This document shows positions 1 to 13,423 of a stretch of 64,000 nt of DNA, in pieces. A program made the position numbers and the translations under genes. Each line of letters starts with the position of its first letter. Position 1 is the stretch's first letter. Under the pieces are notes generated by a model. That model worked only from the letters and a program-made list of their open reading frames with translations. It was not told the origin of the DNA and ran no database searches. Source of the DNA: Octopus vulgaris (lineage: Eukaryota); contig OX597821.1 in assembly GCA_951406725.2 (NCBI GenBank), forward strand, positions 92,008,001 through 92,072,000, in the 5' to 3' direction.

Positions 1-164
1 ATCAATAAAGCAGATTTGATTATCCTGCAACAAAATGCAAAATAAGATTTTTTTATTTTATTTTAAAATTTTTTTTTTTGTTATATCAGGAGGTACTACT
101 TTTATTTAATATATAAACCAATGCGGCTATCGATTACCATTTGTTCACATTACCATTGACACCA

Positions 165-838
<674 letters not shown>

Positions 839-3006
839 TACTAAAATGTCAATTAAACATTCCAGTATCTGTAATGATGTTTCTGTTTATTTACTTTCAT
901 TTGAATTTATATTTTCATTTTTGATAAGGGGATGTGGGAGAATTTCGCTAATATTGGATATGATTTAAAAAACAAAGTGTGCGTGTTAGTGTTTTAGTAT
1001 GTGTGTTTGCATGTGTGTTTGTATGTATCTTTGTTCGTGTGCTTCTATGCTTGCTCGTATGTGCATGTATGAGTGAAAGAGAAAAAAAGAATTTAGCTTC
1101 CAAATTTCTTATCCTGTAGAAGTGAAAACAAAAATAGAGAATTTAAGATAAAACCCAAAAGAATCTAAATATGATGATAAAATAATAGTAGGAAACTTCC
1201 CGTTTCTCTACCTCTCACTCACACAGACATAAACTGTTACCTTCCGGTTACACAATTACACAAGCCAGCACAGATTTACTTTCACTTTCCCATCATACTC
1301 ACACACACACACACATATACATATATGTACAAAAGTTAATCAAGTCTTTATTCAATGTTTCCATACAAGACAATGTCTAGAAGTAGACTTGGGAATTCTT
1401 AATGCTTAAACTGTTGTAAAAATAAAACCATTTGAAAAAAATTAAATATCAAAATAATGTATGAACAAAAATAAAAAAAAAATTATTTGAAACATATTGC
1501 AAATTCAGTAAAGATATAAAACAAGAAGCAAATGAAGCAAATTAAAATTATCTGAAAGAATATTTCCTGTTTCAAAAGAACAACTATTTAAAAAATAATT
1601 GCAGTTTTATTTATTTTTAATGTTGCTGCTAAAATTTTTTTTCATTTTTATTAATTATTTCTTTTTGTTTGTGTGTGTATGTTCCTGATCATTTCCTGTT
1701 TAATTTTTCATATGTATCATTATTTTCACTACTTCCTTTTATCAGTTGTAAACAATGACTGCTTAAAACATAACCTTACAAACTTTGACTAAACTTAAAT
1801 AAGATTATGTAGTAGTTAGTTACTCATTTCCAAAGTATATTATTCCTATGAATGAGTTTAAAGACTATTTTATACTTTAGCTAGTTGGTCAGTCGAGTGG
1901 CTGGTATATTCTATATTCTTATATTATAATCCAATATTTATAACTGGTAAAAGAATGAGATTGCAAGATTAGCATTATTTTATAATCCGTGTTTTAAAAT
2001 TGCCATGGTGAACTTCTACTGTTACATAAATTATAAAGAATGCATCAGTGAAGTATTGGTATTGATGTAATTGGCTAATTATTTTTTTAGTAACCATGTG
2101 AATAAAACAGAATGACATCAAACACATGGCAGGGCTGGTTTGTGAAACTACTCAATTATTTTGATATGTAGTTCTCAGTTTGTTGATCCAATATACGTGT
2201 CACTATGCTGAAATGTTAAACAGTAAATGACACTTTTCAAAATAGATTGTATAACTGATAATGTTTGGTTTCTTGATATCTGAAGCTGATTTGTCTTTAC
2301 CAGAAATGAAAATTTTAACTAGCATGCACTTTTATAAAGTTCAACTTTATTCAACATGCTACACTTGTTCTAGCAATGGTTTTCTTCTGCTTCTAAAGAT
2401 AATTAGCATCAGCCTTAATATCAATATTGGTAGCTTCATCAATAATTATAATACTATACAAAATAAGGTGCTTGTTAAACCATTCAACCATTTACTAGCC
2501 AGAAAATGTTTTGCATAAGAAATTTCATTTTACTCTTTCTGAAAATTGTCAACATTTTAGCTTGCTCACAAATAATCATCATTCTTATTGTCACATAATG
2601 TCCAGTCTGACAGTCATATTGTACACAGAGGTATGCAAATAGAGTAACTACTTGGATATTTAAAGTATTTTTGTTCTTGTTGTGTTTTGTTCCCCCTGTA
2701 GATGTTCCAAGCTTTAATTGTTTTACAATATCTGAAATTTTCTCCTGCATCAACTGTTTGATGCTGGTCATTAATTAGCTTCCAAATTTCTTACCCTGTA
2801 GAAGTAAATCCGACAACTACAGTGACAGACAAAAGAAATTTCCTTAAGTAGTAAAATATCAGAATCTAAAGTAAGTAATGATGTCTCACATTAGCAAAAA
2901 AACAGTGGTCTTAAAACTACAGGTGCAAGAATGGAGATAGTGGAAAGGATGGGAATTATGCAGTGTAAAATGAACTACTCTACAACTAAAGGTAGTAACT
3001 AGCCAA

Positions 3007-3235
3007 AGGTGAGCTGGCAGAACTGTTAGCATGCCGGGTGAAATGCGTAACCATATTTCGTCTGCTGTTATGTTCTGAGTTCAAATTCCGCCGAGGTCGA
3101 CTTTGCCTTTCATCCTTTCGGGGTCGATAAATTAAGTACCAGTTACGCACTGGAGTCGATATAATCAATTTAACCCCATTGTCTGTCCTTGTTTGTCCTC
3201 TCTGTTTTTAGCCCCTTGTGGGTAGCAAAGAAATA
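3007..3235 (+). mobile_element. tRNA-headed SINE family C, near full length, with TSD
   Basis: Head GAGCTGGCAGAA...GAGTTCAAATTCC (A/B-box like); central GTCGACTTTGCCTTTCATCCTTTCGGGGTCGATAAATTAAGTACC; flanking direct repeat ggYagtaaYtagccaaaggt at 2991-3010 and 3236-3255; about 10 related copies in the window. Confidence 0.85.
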
Positions 3236-4221
3236 GGCAGTAATTAGCCAAAGGTCAGTTGAATTGGTGCATGTACACACGAGGTATGAAGATTCTTCTT
3301 AATCCCTCCTCCATCTGGTCTTTACCTTATTCATCTCATAACCAAACTTTTATTTACATTCAGTTTGATTCTGATATAATCCAAGAAATGATGCTTGGAA
3401 GACGTACAATGTGATAGAAAGCCTTTGATGCAAGACTGATGAAGTGTCATTCTAATGTTTAAAACTGCAAAAATTTGCATAAATTTCCATTTCAAATTTT
3501 TACATATATGGGCATTGCGAGCAAAGTTGGTACAGAAACAAATGTAATGAATCATTAAAGATGTGTTGAAGAATTTATTTGTCTTATTACTATTTGGATT
3601 ATATGTGTGTGTGTGTGTATGAGTGTCTGTGTGTGTGTGCATGCGTGTGTATGAGTGTGTGTGTGTGTGTGTGTGTGTGTATAACTGTTCAGGATTCAAG
3701 TGAAAGGTTGGGTCAAGGAAATTGGTATTGTGTACAAAGCAAAATTAGAGGAACATATATGTACATACTGAAGTAAAGACGGATTTATATTCTAGTTGCA
3801 TGTATGACCACCAGCATCTGACTGAATATACCATGAGTTTCAAGGCTGCGCCTAGGTACAAAACTACACCAAGTGAACTCCAGATCCTTGCTAATTGCAG
3901 GTTCTGAGTAAGGTGAATAATAAACAAATAATAACAGCTAGATATTGGTTCATTCACTACAACTGTTTCAGGCGTGTTTTTTATTATCATTTATTTTTTT
4001 GTATGAATAGAGTTATTTCATCATGTGTAAAAAAACCGTTTTCATCAGTTGAAAACGTTTTTTTTTCCTGTAATGTAATAACTCTATTCATCAATAAAAA
4101 TCATGTCTGAAACAGCTGTAGCAAGTGAACCAATATCCATCTGTTGTTATTTATATATATATATTTATATGTATATGTGTATATATATATTAATATATAT
4201 ATATTATATATATATATATAT

Positions 4222-4415
4222 ATTAGAAAAAAAAACACCTTTTATCAATTCAACAGTGAAAAAATTAAATTAGAATTTAATGTTTTCATTGTTGAATTGA
4301 TAAAAGGTGGGTTTTTTCTAATTTATATATATATATTATATTTTGTGAAATTTGATTTAGTATTTCTAAATTGAATTTTTCCCTGTAAGTTTGGAATAAT
4401 ATTCCCTCATATTAT
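4222..4415. mobile_element. Fold-back insertion in (TA)n plus adjacent tail fragment (putative Penelope-like element remnant)
   Basis: About 50-bp inverted arms across 4222-4322; 4335-4415 is the reverse complement of the family at 46850-46910 and 53575-53650. Confidence 0.6.
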
Positions 4416-4459
4416 TATTATTATATATAAATATATATCTATATGCACACATACACACA

Positions 4460-4490
<31 letters not shown>

Positions 4491-4649
4491 CATATATAGT
4501 GGCTTGCTGGCCACTTTTTCCCATCTATAAGGGTATTTTCCGAAATCTCTAAGCTGTTATCTCAGCTATTCCCCTGTGTTCAAGATATTTTCTTCATTTC
4601 TAAAAATTACCAACTACTCAACACATCAATATTTGCTTATAAGAATGTT

Positions 4650-4689
<40 letters not shown>

Positions 4690-4691
<2 letters not shown>

Positions 4692-4920
4692 TATGTGTTT
4701 GCATTGTGCTTGTCCATTTTCCCCACACCACTGTTTCATAATTGACTTTGATTAGTTTACGTACCCGTAACTTAGCACTTTGGCAAAAGTATATGATAGA
4801 ATAAATGGCAGACTTACAGATAAGTACTAGGGTAGATTTGTTTGACTAAGTCCTTCGAGGCAATACTCCAGCATGACCACAACCCAATGACTGAAACAAT
4901 GTGAAAGATAAACGATAAAG
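4690..4920 (+). mobile_element. SINE family B, diverged 3' half
   Basis: Matches B tail ...CTCCAGCATGACCAC...ATGACTGAAACA. Confidence 0.7.
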
Positions 4921-5911
4921 AAATAGATAAAATCAAAATATTACAACACTTCATTATTTTATCTCACTCTATGTTATTAAGTGATAAGCCATAGGGTACA
5001 AAATCAGTAGAAACAGCCAATAGTACATATTTATGAGAATTATGATGTTATGCTTTAGACAAAAGGATAAATTTTCTTTTTTAGGACAGGCTTCTGTTCA
5101 ATTGAATTGACATTGCTAGAATTTATTTAATTGACACAGGAAGGGTGAGCTAAGTCTTCAAATTCACATTGTCAGGATCGAGATAAAGAATCATAAATAA
5201 ATATAACCAAATACTGACAGTCTACGATACTCATCTTTGAATAGGGCTAAATACTGAGTCACTCTAGTATTAATATAACTAAATATTGGTATTCATCTAT
5301 GAATAGGACTAAATACTGATATTCAGTCATTTCTACCAAGATCCTTTACCACATGATGTTGATTACAATTGTAACATTTCACATCACTCACTTGATCAAA
5401 TATATGAATTGAGAAAACAATGAATTCTTAGTTATAGAACACATGTACACAATCACATACATGGAGTATCATGTGAGCAAAGTTTGATTATTATAACTGA
5501 CTCTATGAGCTCTTGTTTTTTTTTTTTTTTTGCAAATTTTAGTTTTGTTGTTTTGCGTTAAAAATCTGTCAGATACTTTTGAAACAAGGAAAACAATACC
5601 TCGATATTTGCTGTAACAATACAATGGCATTTAGAAATGGGTGGAACTAGAATTGTAACTTTGGAATTTCAATGGAAAATGGACAATTTGTTTTAATGAA
5701 CTAAGAAATGCATTGAATTGCTCCTTTGAGCTGACAGAACTTCTTACCAAAGATACTGAACTTCACAAAACTTCAGATTGTGAAGGAAGAGAAAAAATAT
5801 GTTTAGTATTTAGAATAATCGTTTTTATTTTGTTTGTTTTTTTTATCTTTAGAAGATTCATGAGCATTAAATAATTTTGTTATATTTTCTAAAGGAACTT
5901 TTTAAAGCTGG

Positions 5912-6318
5912 TACTCTTTTACTCTTTTACTTGTTTCAGTCATTTTGACTGTGGCCATGCAAATCGACCCCGGGACTTATTCTTTGTAAGCCTAGTACTT
6001 ATTCTATCGGTCTCTTTTGCCGAACCGCTAAGTGATGGGGACGTAAACATACTAACATCGGTTGTCAAGCAATGCTAGGAGGACAAACACAGACACACAA
6101 ACACACACACACACATACACACATATATATATATATATATATATACATATATACGACAGGCTTCTTTTAGTTTCCGTCTACCAAATCCACTCACAAGGGC
6201 ATTGGTTGGCCCGGGGCTATAGTAGAAGACACTTGCCCAAGATGCAACGCAGTGGGACTGAACCCGGAACCATGTGGCTGGTTAGCAAGCTACTTACCAC
6301 ACAGCCACTCCTGCGCCT
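5912..6318 (-). mobile_element. SINE family B (tRNA-like head, CCTTGGGCAAG motif, internal TA/CA microsatellite, CR1-like tail)
   Basis: Highly similar to copies at 15918, 18411, 31921, 33881 and 62446; TAAAAGAG-type terminal repeat. Confidence 0.9.
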
Positions 6319-6614
6319 ATGTTAAACATAAACTGGTAGCTGTATGTTAAACATAAATTATCATTATTTATTACTGATAAGAGAGAATAATGGTAGGATC
6401 TATGGTACATTGAATAAAAAGCTTAGTAATATTTTTTCAAATCTAAATAGGGTGAACTTCCAGGCTTATAGAATTAATAAAATTAAGTATCAATTAAATA
6501 CTGCATTAATTTAATTGACCTTGTCCTCCAACCAAATTTATGGCAATTTGTCAGTCTGAGAAATCAATATTTATTACCTATGGTGAGACATGCAAATATT
6601 TTTATAGTTAAATG

Positions 6615-6619
<5 letters not shown>

Positions 6620-6696
<77 letters not shown>
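6620..6696. repeat. (CA)n microsatellite
   Basis: Directly visible. Confidence 0.97.
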
Positions 6697-6698
<2 letters not shown>

Positions 6699-6875
6699 TA
6701 TAAAGAGATGCTTGACTGCATAAAGTAGTCATCAAGCAGCTCATGAGCAATGAGTTAAAATTTATTGTAAGTATGTTATCCTGTTTCTTAACATTTCTCC
6801 CATCTACCTTGAATTTTACACAAAATTGATCAACACTTACGAGATACCTCAGAAAGGAGAGCTCAAATATTAGCA

Positions 6876-7552
6876 CCGTAAATCCTCGAGTATAGTCTGC
6901 CCTTGAGTATAATATGCAGGGGATTTTTAGGGGGCTGTATCTCTGAAAAATCTAAACCTTGTGTATAATATGCACCCCTTCTCTAACTTGAGTCAAGGAG
7001 GTCTATATAACGTCCTTGGTTTGTAAAACTGTATACGGTAATGTCCTTTATTATTATTGTATATATAACATAATACAAATGTGTAGCTTTTTTGTGCATT
7101 TTGTTTGCAGAAAATAAAGAAATAACAGTAATAACATTTAATAAATGCTGCTTACTGCAAGTTATGGATGATTCTTTTATGACTTCATTGCTTTCAGGCT
7201 TAGCTTAAGGTATTTTTGCACCTGACATCACAAAATGCGTCTGAATAAATATTGCTAGACAGCAAATAGAGTCTCGGACATTGCTTAGAAAATAATTTTA
7301 ATTTTTAACCTTGTATATAATATGCACTAGGGATTTTGATCTTTAAATTTTGGGGGAAAAATGCGGATTATACTCGAGGATTATACTCAATGGATGATTC
7401 TTTTATGACTTTATTATGTTCAGGCCTGACATCACAAAATGCGTCTGAATAAACATTGCTGGACAGCAAATAGAGTCTCGGACATTATGCACTAGGGATT
7501 TTGACCTTTAAATTTTGGGGAAAAAATGCAGATTATACTTTAGGATTTACGG
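6876..7552. mobile_element. Non-autonomous DNA transposon (MITE), Tc2/pogo-like termini
   Basis: TIRs CCGTAAATCCTCGAGTATA / TATACTTTAGGATTTACGG followed by TA; subterminal GTATAATATGCA-like repeats; no ORF. Confidence 0.8.
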
Positions 7553-8074
7553 TACATGTGAAATATATATCAGAGATACTTTGCTCCAAGAAGAAATTGT
7601 TTGAGCTACTGTTGAAAACTCTTTCTATTGATAGTGACTAAAGCTGTCACACTGTTGGAAACACCTCTTTATTGTCAGTAGATGCTTCAAGCTTTTTCCC
7701 CTTAGATTGTATATTTACCTGAAGAGGCAGTAAGGGCTGAATTAGCCTTCACTTGCAAAAATGATTTCATTTGCAGTCCTTGGCAACCAAAACTAGAAAC
7801 CTTGGTTACTGCTCCATTGACTTTCTTCAGTTGCTTGAGTTCCAAAGTAATCTTATGCAAGAAATATTGCACTGGTCTTTATTTATCTCACAAATATATG
7901 AAATAAGGATAGATGTGTATACATACACCAAAACACTATATATACTTCTCTTATCATATTCAATATCTTCTTCCATAAAGTCAATACATTAAATTTTACA
8001 GCAGGATATCTATTGAATAAACTCACCTTAAATATTGTATCCAAGTGTATCCATTGTATTAAGGTATAAAAGAG

Positions 8075-8396
8075 TAAAGACCTCTTTCAATCATGAATGA
8101 CCAAAGGATTGCACCTAGAAAGTTACCCTACGAAATGCACAAGTCCAAGGCAAGGTTGCTTATGAAAGACCAGTAGTTGTCCATGCATACAAGCCTCTCT
8201 TCTCTATGCCACCAAAAGAAAGGCAAAGGCTGATGCAGCCGTGATGGCACTCATTTTTTCTGTAGCTGAGTGAACTGGAGCATTGTGAAATAAAATGTCT
8301 TGCTCAAGAATACAACACATGCTCTGGTCTAGGAATGGAACTCACTACCTCATGAGTGGGATCTGATATTCTAACCACTGAACCATACACCATCAC
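8075..8396 (-). mobile_element. CORE-like SINE family D, diverged
   Basis: Homologous to 10686-11040, 19100-19435 and 25487-25821. Confidence 0.85.
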
Positions 8397-8436
8397 ATGT
8401 AAAGATATACATGTTATATAATCTATAATAATAATG

Positions 8437-8648
8437 GTTTTAAATTTTGGTACAAGGCCAGCAATTTAAGGGAAGGGATAAATCAATAACATCAATCCCA
8501 GTGTACAACTGGTACTTATTTTATTGACCCTGAAAGGATAAAAGGCAAAGTCAGCCTTGGCAGAATTTGAACTCAGAATGTAAAGTCAGATGAAATACTG
8601 CTAAGCATTTTACCTGATGTGGTAATGATTCTACAAGCTTGCTGCCCT
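8437..8648 (-). mobile_element. SINE family C with TSD
   Basis: Homologous to the 3007 copy; TATAATCTATAATA at 8417-8430 and 8649-8662. Confidence 0.85.
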
Positions 8649-9109
8649 TATAATCTATAATAAATAATAAAACTGCAAGGTCAAGTATCCTTCTCAGAAA
8701 TAGTGAGGACACAAAAGAAAAAAATGTGTACATAAAGTTTTCAAGGTGAAGCTGAATTTTCTTTTTTCTTACCAAAGGCATTAGAGTGATGGTTACTCAC
8801 ATGGATACACACATACTTTGGAAAAAAGGCAAAATTTGTACACTAGCAAATTTCTGCTGACATTCACAGCAAAAAATGTAGAGATGAATTGCTTGAAGGC
8901 ATCTCAAATTCAATGCCATTAGGTGTAGAAATATTAGTATCAGTATAAGCATACAAGGACCTGATAGTGTTAATAGATTAAATTAGCACTTCAGAGAAAC
9001 TGAGACAACCAAGATTGCATTTCCTTGAGAGGCAGGCATCCATGTATATTCTTAATGAAGGTATTTGTTCACTAATGTTTCTCTTGTTCTTAGCCTTTTC
9101 AGTAGATCT

Positions 9110-9540
9110 TGATTAAAGAGTTTTGTGCAAGAGGCTGGAAAAACACAAGCAATCTGGAAGAGTATTGAAAAGATGACTGGCTGCAAAAAAAAAAACCAGT
9201 CTAATATCAATTGTGATAACAGATCCAGTGAGAACCATATAGCAACAATTTAATTTTCTTTGAAGAATGATTAAATGTTTCAGCAACAACAGGTAGCTTG
9301 GATTCAATTAGTGAACAACCTACATCATTATTGAATTACATATGAAATACATCAAATATTCCAAAATTACCTCACTAATCAATATCAGTTTGTTAAGTAC
9401 AGTGGAAAAAAATATTGTTTCATCTACTTCTTTTCATTCGTGTTTGATAAGGCTTCATTCTATATCCCCTTTCATTTGTTATCTACAAGAATGACATTCA
9501 CATGTGCAAAATTATTCTATTTCATTCTGTATTTCTCAGA
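9110..9540 (+). mobile_element. Highly decayed LINE ORF2 remnant (L2/CR1 group)
   Basis: Manual translation gives QAIWKSIEKMTG, IA..FNF-like and VIYKNDIH...FILY, resembling the LINE inter-domain and LIYINDL..LFADD motifs; many stops and frameshifts. Confidence 0.4.
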
Positions 9541-9834
9541 CATATCAATGATTTCCTCTTTCATTTATTTAGACCTGAATAGAACAATATAAATGCAACA
9601 AGTTGACTAACAAAGCAATAAGCTCTCACTAAATGTTTCAAAAACTAAATATATGCTCTTCCATCATCATCAGAAATGCTTTTCCTTGGACTCACCTTCA
9701 CGGCTTGAATTTGAAGGTAACAAAATAGAATAGGACTATTACTTAAAATTCCTTGGAAATATTTTTTGGCAAGTAACTTAAGTAGAAAGCACACATAAAT
9801 CTAACCAGCAGGAAAATATTTGGTACTGTTAGTA

Positions 9835-10280
9835 TCATAGACTGTGTGATAGAGAATTTTAATATCCAACCACACAGTTTCAGATTCCATCTCTTTGCAT
9901 GATAATTTGGATAAGTATTTTCTACTTACTTCTGCTATGGGTCATTGAGAGCCTTCTGAGTGAATTTATTAGATGGAAAAGGACAGAAGCCTTTCATGTA
10001 CACGTGTGTGTGTGTATGGGGGAATATGTGTGTGTATGTGCCAGTATCTCCTTGTCTTGGCATTGTATGCTGATTGTAATCAATCAAAGTCAGTTCATTT
10101 TGTCATTGTCTTCTGGGAAAAATCTGTCTGACCATAGATCTCTTTACACTCGAAAAAGCTCTGCTTAGAAACATGTGATGGTTGATAACAGAAAGAGCAT
10201 CCGGCAGTTGATAATTTGCCTCAAAAAATGTTGCCTGATCATTGTAAGAATGAAGGCATAGACATTGAAATGATGATGAC
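9835..10280 (+). mobile_element. Old SINE: B-type head joined to an E-type (RTE-like, (GAT)n-ending) tail
   Basis: Degenerate B head; AGAAAGAGCATCCGGC motif; ends GACATTGAAATGATGATG; similar to 30320-30620. Confidence 0.55.
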
Positions 10281-10685
10281 AATAGTAGTAGTGGTGGTGG
10301 TGGTGGTGGTGGTGATGGATGATGAAGAGAAGGAAGAGGAAAAGACAATGATGATGATGATGATGATGAAGATGACGCTTATGACGATGACGACCATGAT
10401 GACAATGACAAGGACAATGATGACGATCATGATGAGGACAACAATGATGCTGATGAGGAAGAGTACTAGTGTCTCATTTCACATGAAGAATTTTTATTAG
10501 ACGTGTGTTTTTAAACATGTATCTGTTCTTTTTTGTTTGTTATTACTCCTCAGTTAAATGCAGGTGTTATTTTGTGAGATGGTCGTACAAATAAAGTGCA
10601 AAATATAGAAAGAACCCTGCAACTAGTTTTAAATACAAAAGTCAATATATAACTTTGGACATACAGAATCTCTCTATAATAAAGT

Positions 10686-11040
10686 GTAAAGACCCCCTTC
10701 TGTCATGAATGACCATGGTATTGCACCTACAAGGTTCTCCTCCAAGGCACGAGTCTGGGCAAGGTTGTTTATGGAAGACCAGCAGCCACAAATGCATACC
10801 AATTTCCATGCTCCATGCAACCGATGTTATCCAAGGGAAAAGCAAAGGCTGATACGTGATACAGCTTGGCACCTGTGATGTTGCAACTCATTTCTACAGC
10901 TGAGTGAACTGGAGCAACATGAAATAACATGTCTTGAAATGTCTTGCTCAAGAATACAATAAAGAGCCTGGTTCGGGAATCAAACTTACTACCTCATGAT
11001 TGCAAGCCCAATGATCTAACCACTGAGTCATGCACCTGCA
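10686..11040 (-). mobile_element. CORE-like SINE family D with TSD
   Basis: tRNA-like head plus CORE-like segment and D tail; TCTCTATAATAA at 10671-10682 and 11042-11053. Confidence 0.9.
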
Positions 11041-11068
11041 GTCTCTATAATAATAGATAATAAATAAA

Positions 11069-11566
11069 TGTGCACTTTTAAAGCCTAGCCAGGCTCATGG
11101 GACTGGTTTCCCGGTTTCTATGGTGTGTGTGTTCCCCAGCTGGATGGGACGCCAGTCCATCACAGCGTTACTCATTTTTGCCAGCTCAGTGGACTGGAGC
11201 AACATGAAATGAAGTGTCTTGCTCAAGAACACAACGCGTCGCCTGGTCCAGGAATTGAAACCACAATCTTACGATCATGATGCTGACAACCTAACCACTA
11301 AGCCACGCACCTCTACTTCTTGCCCTTTTAAAGCCTAGCCAGGCTCATGGGCCCGGTTTCCCGGTTTCAATGGCGTATGTGTTCCCCAGCTGGACGGGAC
11401 ACCAGTCCATCGAAGCATTACTCATTTTTGCCAGCTGAGTGGACTGGAGCAATGTGAAATGAAGTGTTTTGCTCAAGAACGCAACGCGTCACTCAGTTCA
11501 GGAATCGAAACAACAATCTTACAGTCATGATGCTGACACCCTAACCACTAAGCCACGTGCTTCCAC
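11069..11566 (-). mobile_element. Tandem dimer of CORE-like SINE family A
   Basis: Two about 247-bp copies (11069-11315, 11320-11566); CTCTATAATAATA at 11043-11055 and 11567-11579. Confidence 0.9.
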
Positions 11567-12021
11567 CTCTATAATAATACTGCAGTTTTAAAGTTTTCAG
11601 ACAAGTGGGCTTTTGGACAAATGAAAGTTTGCAATAGTTTTTGATCTGGCAGTCTGCCTAAATTTCCGTTGGCTCTAGGGTTATCAAACTACTCTGAAAG
11701 AGCCATACATTCATGTAGACATAAAGCCAACACTATTCACCTCAAAACTTATTTGTAATAGGATATAATGGCTTGAAGAAAAAAAAATATACTTAAAGTT
11801 TTCATGTAACTTATAAAGAATAAAAAACCAACATAATAGTACATCAGACATAATATTTTATTTCGAAACAGAAACAATCAATTCCTTCCTAATTTGCCAT
11901 TGAATTATGTATAATAACTGATAATGTCTGTTACCTTTGTGTGCAGTTTTCATTTATATGGCATTCACAAGCAGGTTGTAGTTTCTATATCCACCCCATC
12001 CCACATACATATATATATAGA

Positions 12022-12056
<35 letters not shown>

Positions 12057-12219
12057 GGATAGAGATATGTATGCATGTATGTACGTCTCTATATATCTGA
12101 AGGCAGAAATTCTTATCATATTTGAATTTGTCTAGTCAGTATCTTCGATGAACGAAAGGTATCTAGTGTTTTCAAATAGTTCTGGCTGATGATAGAAGGT
12201 GAGTTGACTAATCTTGAAC

Positions 12220-12221
<2 letters not shown>

Positions 12222-12266
<45 letters not shown>

Positions 12267-12286
12267 TTGTATGTGTGTAATATCTA

Positions 12287-12357
<71 letters not shown>

Positions 12358-12470
12358 AATGTATAAACAGATATATACATATACATGCATATATATGTAT
12401 ATAATATGTATTCATATAATACATATACATAAATACAGATAGGTAAATAGACAGATAGACAGATAGATAA

Positions 12471-12503
<33 letters not shown>

Positions 12504-12512
12504 CAGAAAGAC

Positions 12513-12559
<47 letters not shown>

Positions 12560-12655
12560 CAGAAAGATAGACAGAGAGAGAGATAGATAGATAGATAGAC
12601 AGACAGGCATGCATGTATGTATGTATGTATTTATGTATGTATGTATGTATGTATG
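12222..12655. repeat. (TA)n/(GT)n/(GATA)n/(TATG)n microsatellite block
   Basis: Directly visible. Confidence 0.95.
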
Positions 12656-13158
12656 CATAACGACTTGTAAATTAATGCTTTTCTCATTTAAATTTTTTAA
12701 AATCATTATTCCTTTATGTAGTTTTCTTCCTTCTTCTCATCACCATGATCAGTATAGATATTATTGCTTTGTTGTTACATTTATAAGAACCAATTTTCGT
12801 CTTCATTACAAACCCTTATCTGTAAGTGTTTTATTTTCTACTCTGTTCATATTTTGTAACAAGCTGGAGCTTCACAGTTAAAAATTTATCAAGTGTAGGG
12901 GAATGTGTCATTGAAGCACATTCCTGCATTCACCACTGGTTGGTGTATTCCTGAGTCCTCTCAAGCAACTTGTCAAGCAGAGTCTCAGTCTGACCCCTAT
13001 TCTGTGAGAAGACCTCCTTATCTGTTGGGATCATGAGCCTTTAAGAATAATTTCTGAGAATGTGAAAATATGAACCTATGTGAATACTATGTTGTTTATT
13101 AGCTTGGATAATCAAAATAATCGACCCAGCCAGATCCTCAGTGAAGAGAATATGGTAA

Positions 13159-13423
13159 TAAAATAAAAAATAAATGTGCCCTTTTAAAGCCTAGCCAGGC
13201 GCACGGGCCCGGTTTCCCGGTTTCAATAGCGTATGAGTTCCCCAGCTGGATGGGACACCAGTCCATCACAGCGTTACTCATTTTTACCTGCTGAGTGGAC
13301 TGGAGCAACGTGAAATGAAGTGTTTTGCTCAAGAATACAACGCGTCACCCGGTCCAGGAATCGAAACCTCAATCTTAAGATCATGATGCTGACACCCTAA
13401 CCACTAAGCCACGTGCCTCCACA
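13159..13423 (-). mobile_element. CORE-like SINE family A, full length, 15-bp TSD
   Basis: A box TGGCTTAGTGG, B box GTTTCGATTCC; TSD AAGAGAATATGGTAA at 13144-13158 and 13424-13438. Confidence 0.92.

Noticed and set aside
90-92. 3-nt microexon (TATCAG|GAG|GTACTA)
   Set aside because: Weak donor; indistinguishable from chance without RNA data
928-975. Possible 48-nt exon GMWENFANIGYDLKNK
   Set aside because: AAG acceptor and weak GTGTGC donor; no corroboration
2792-2822. TACCCTGTAGA as a miR-10/miR-993 gene
   Set aside because: Only 11 nt match and the local stem is 6 bp, far too short for a pre-miRNA
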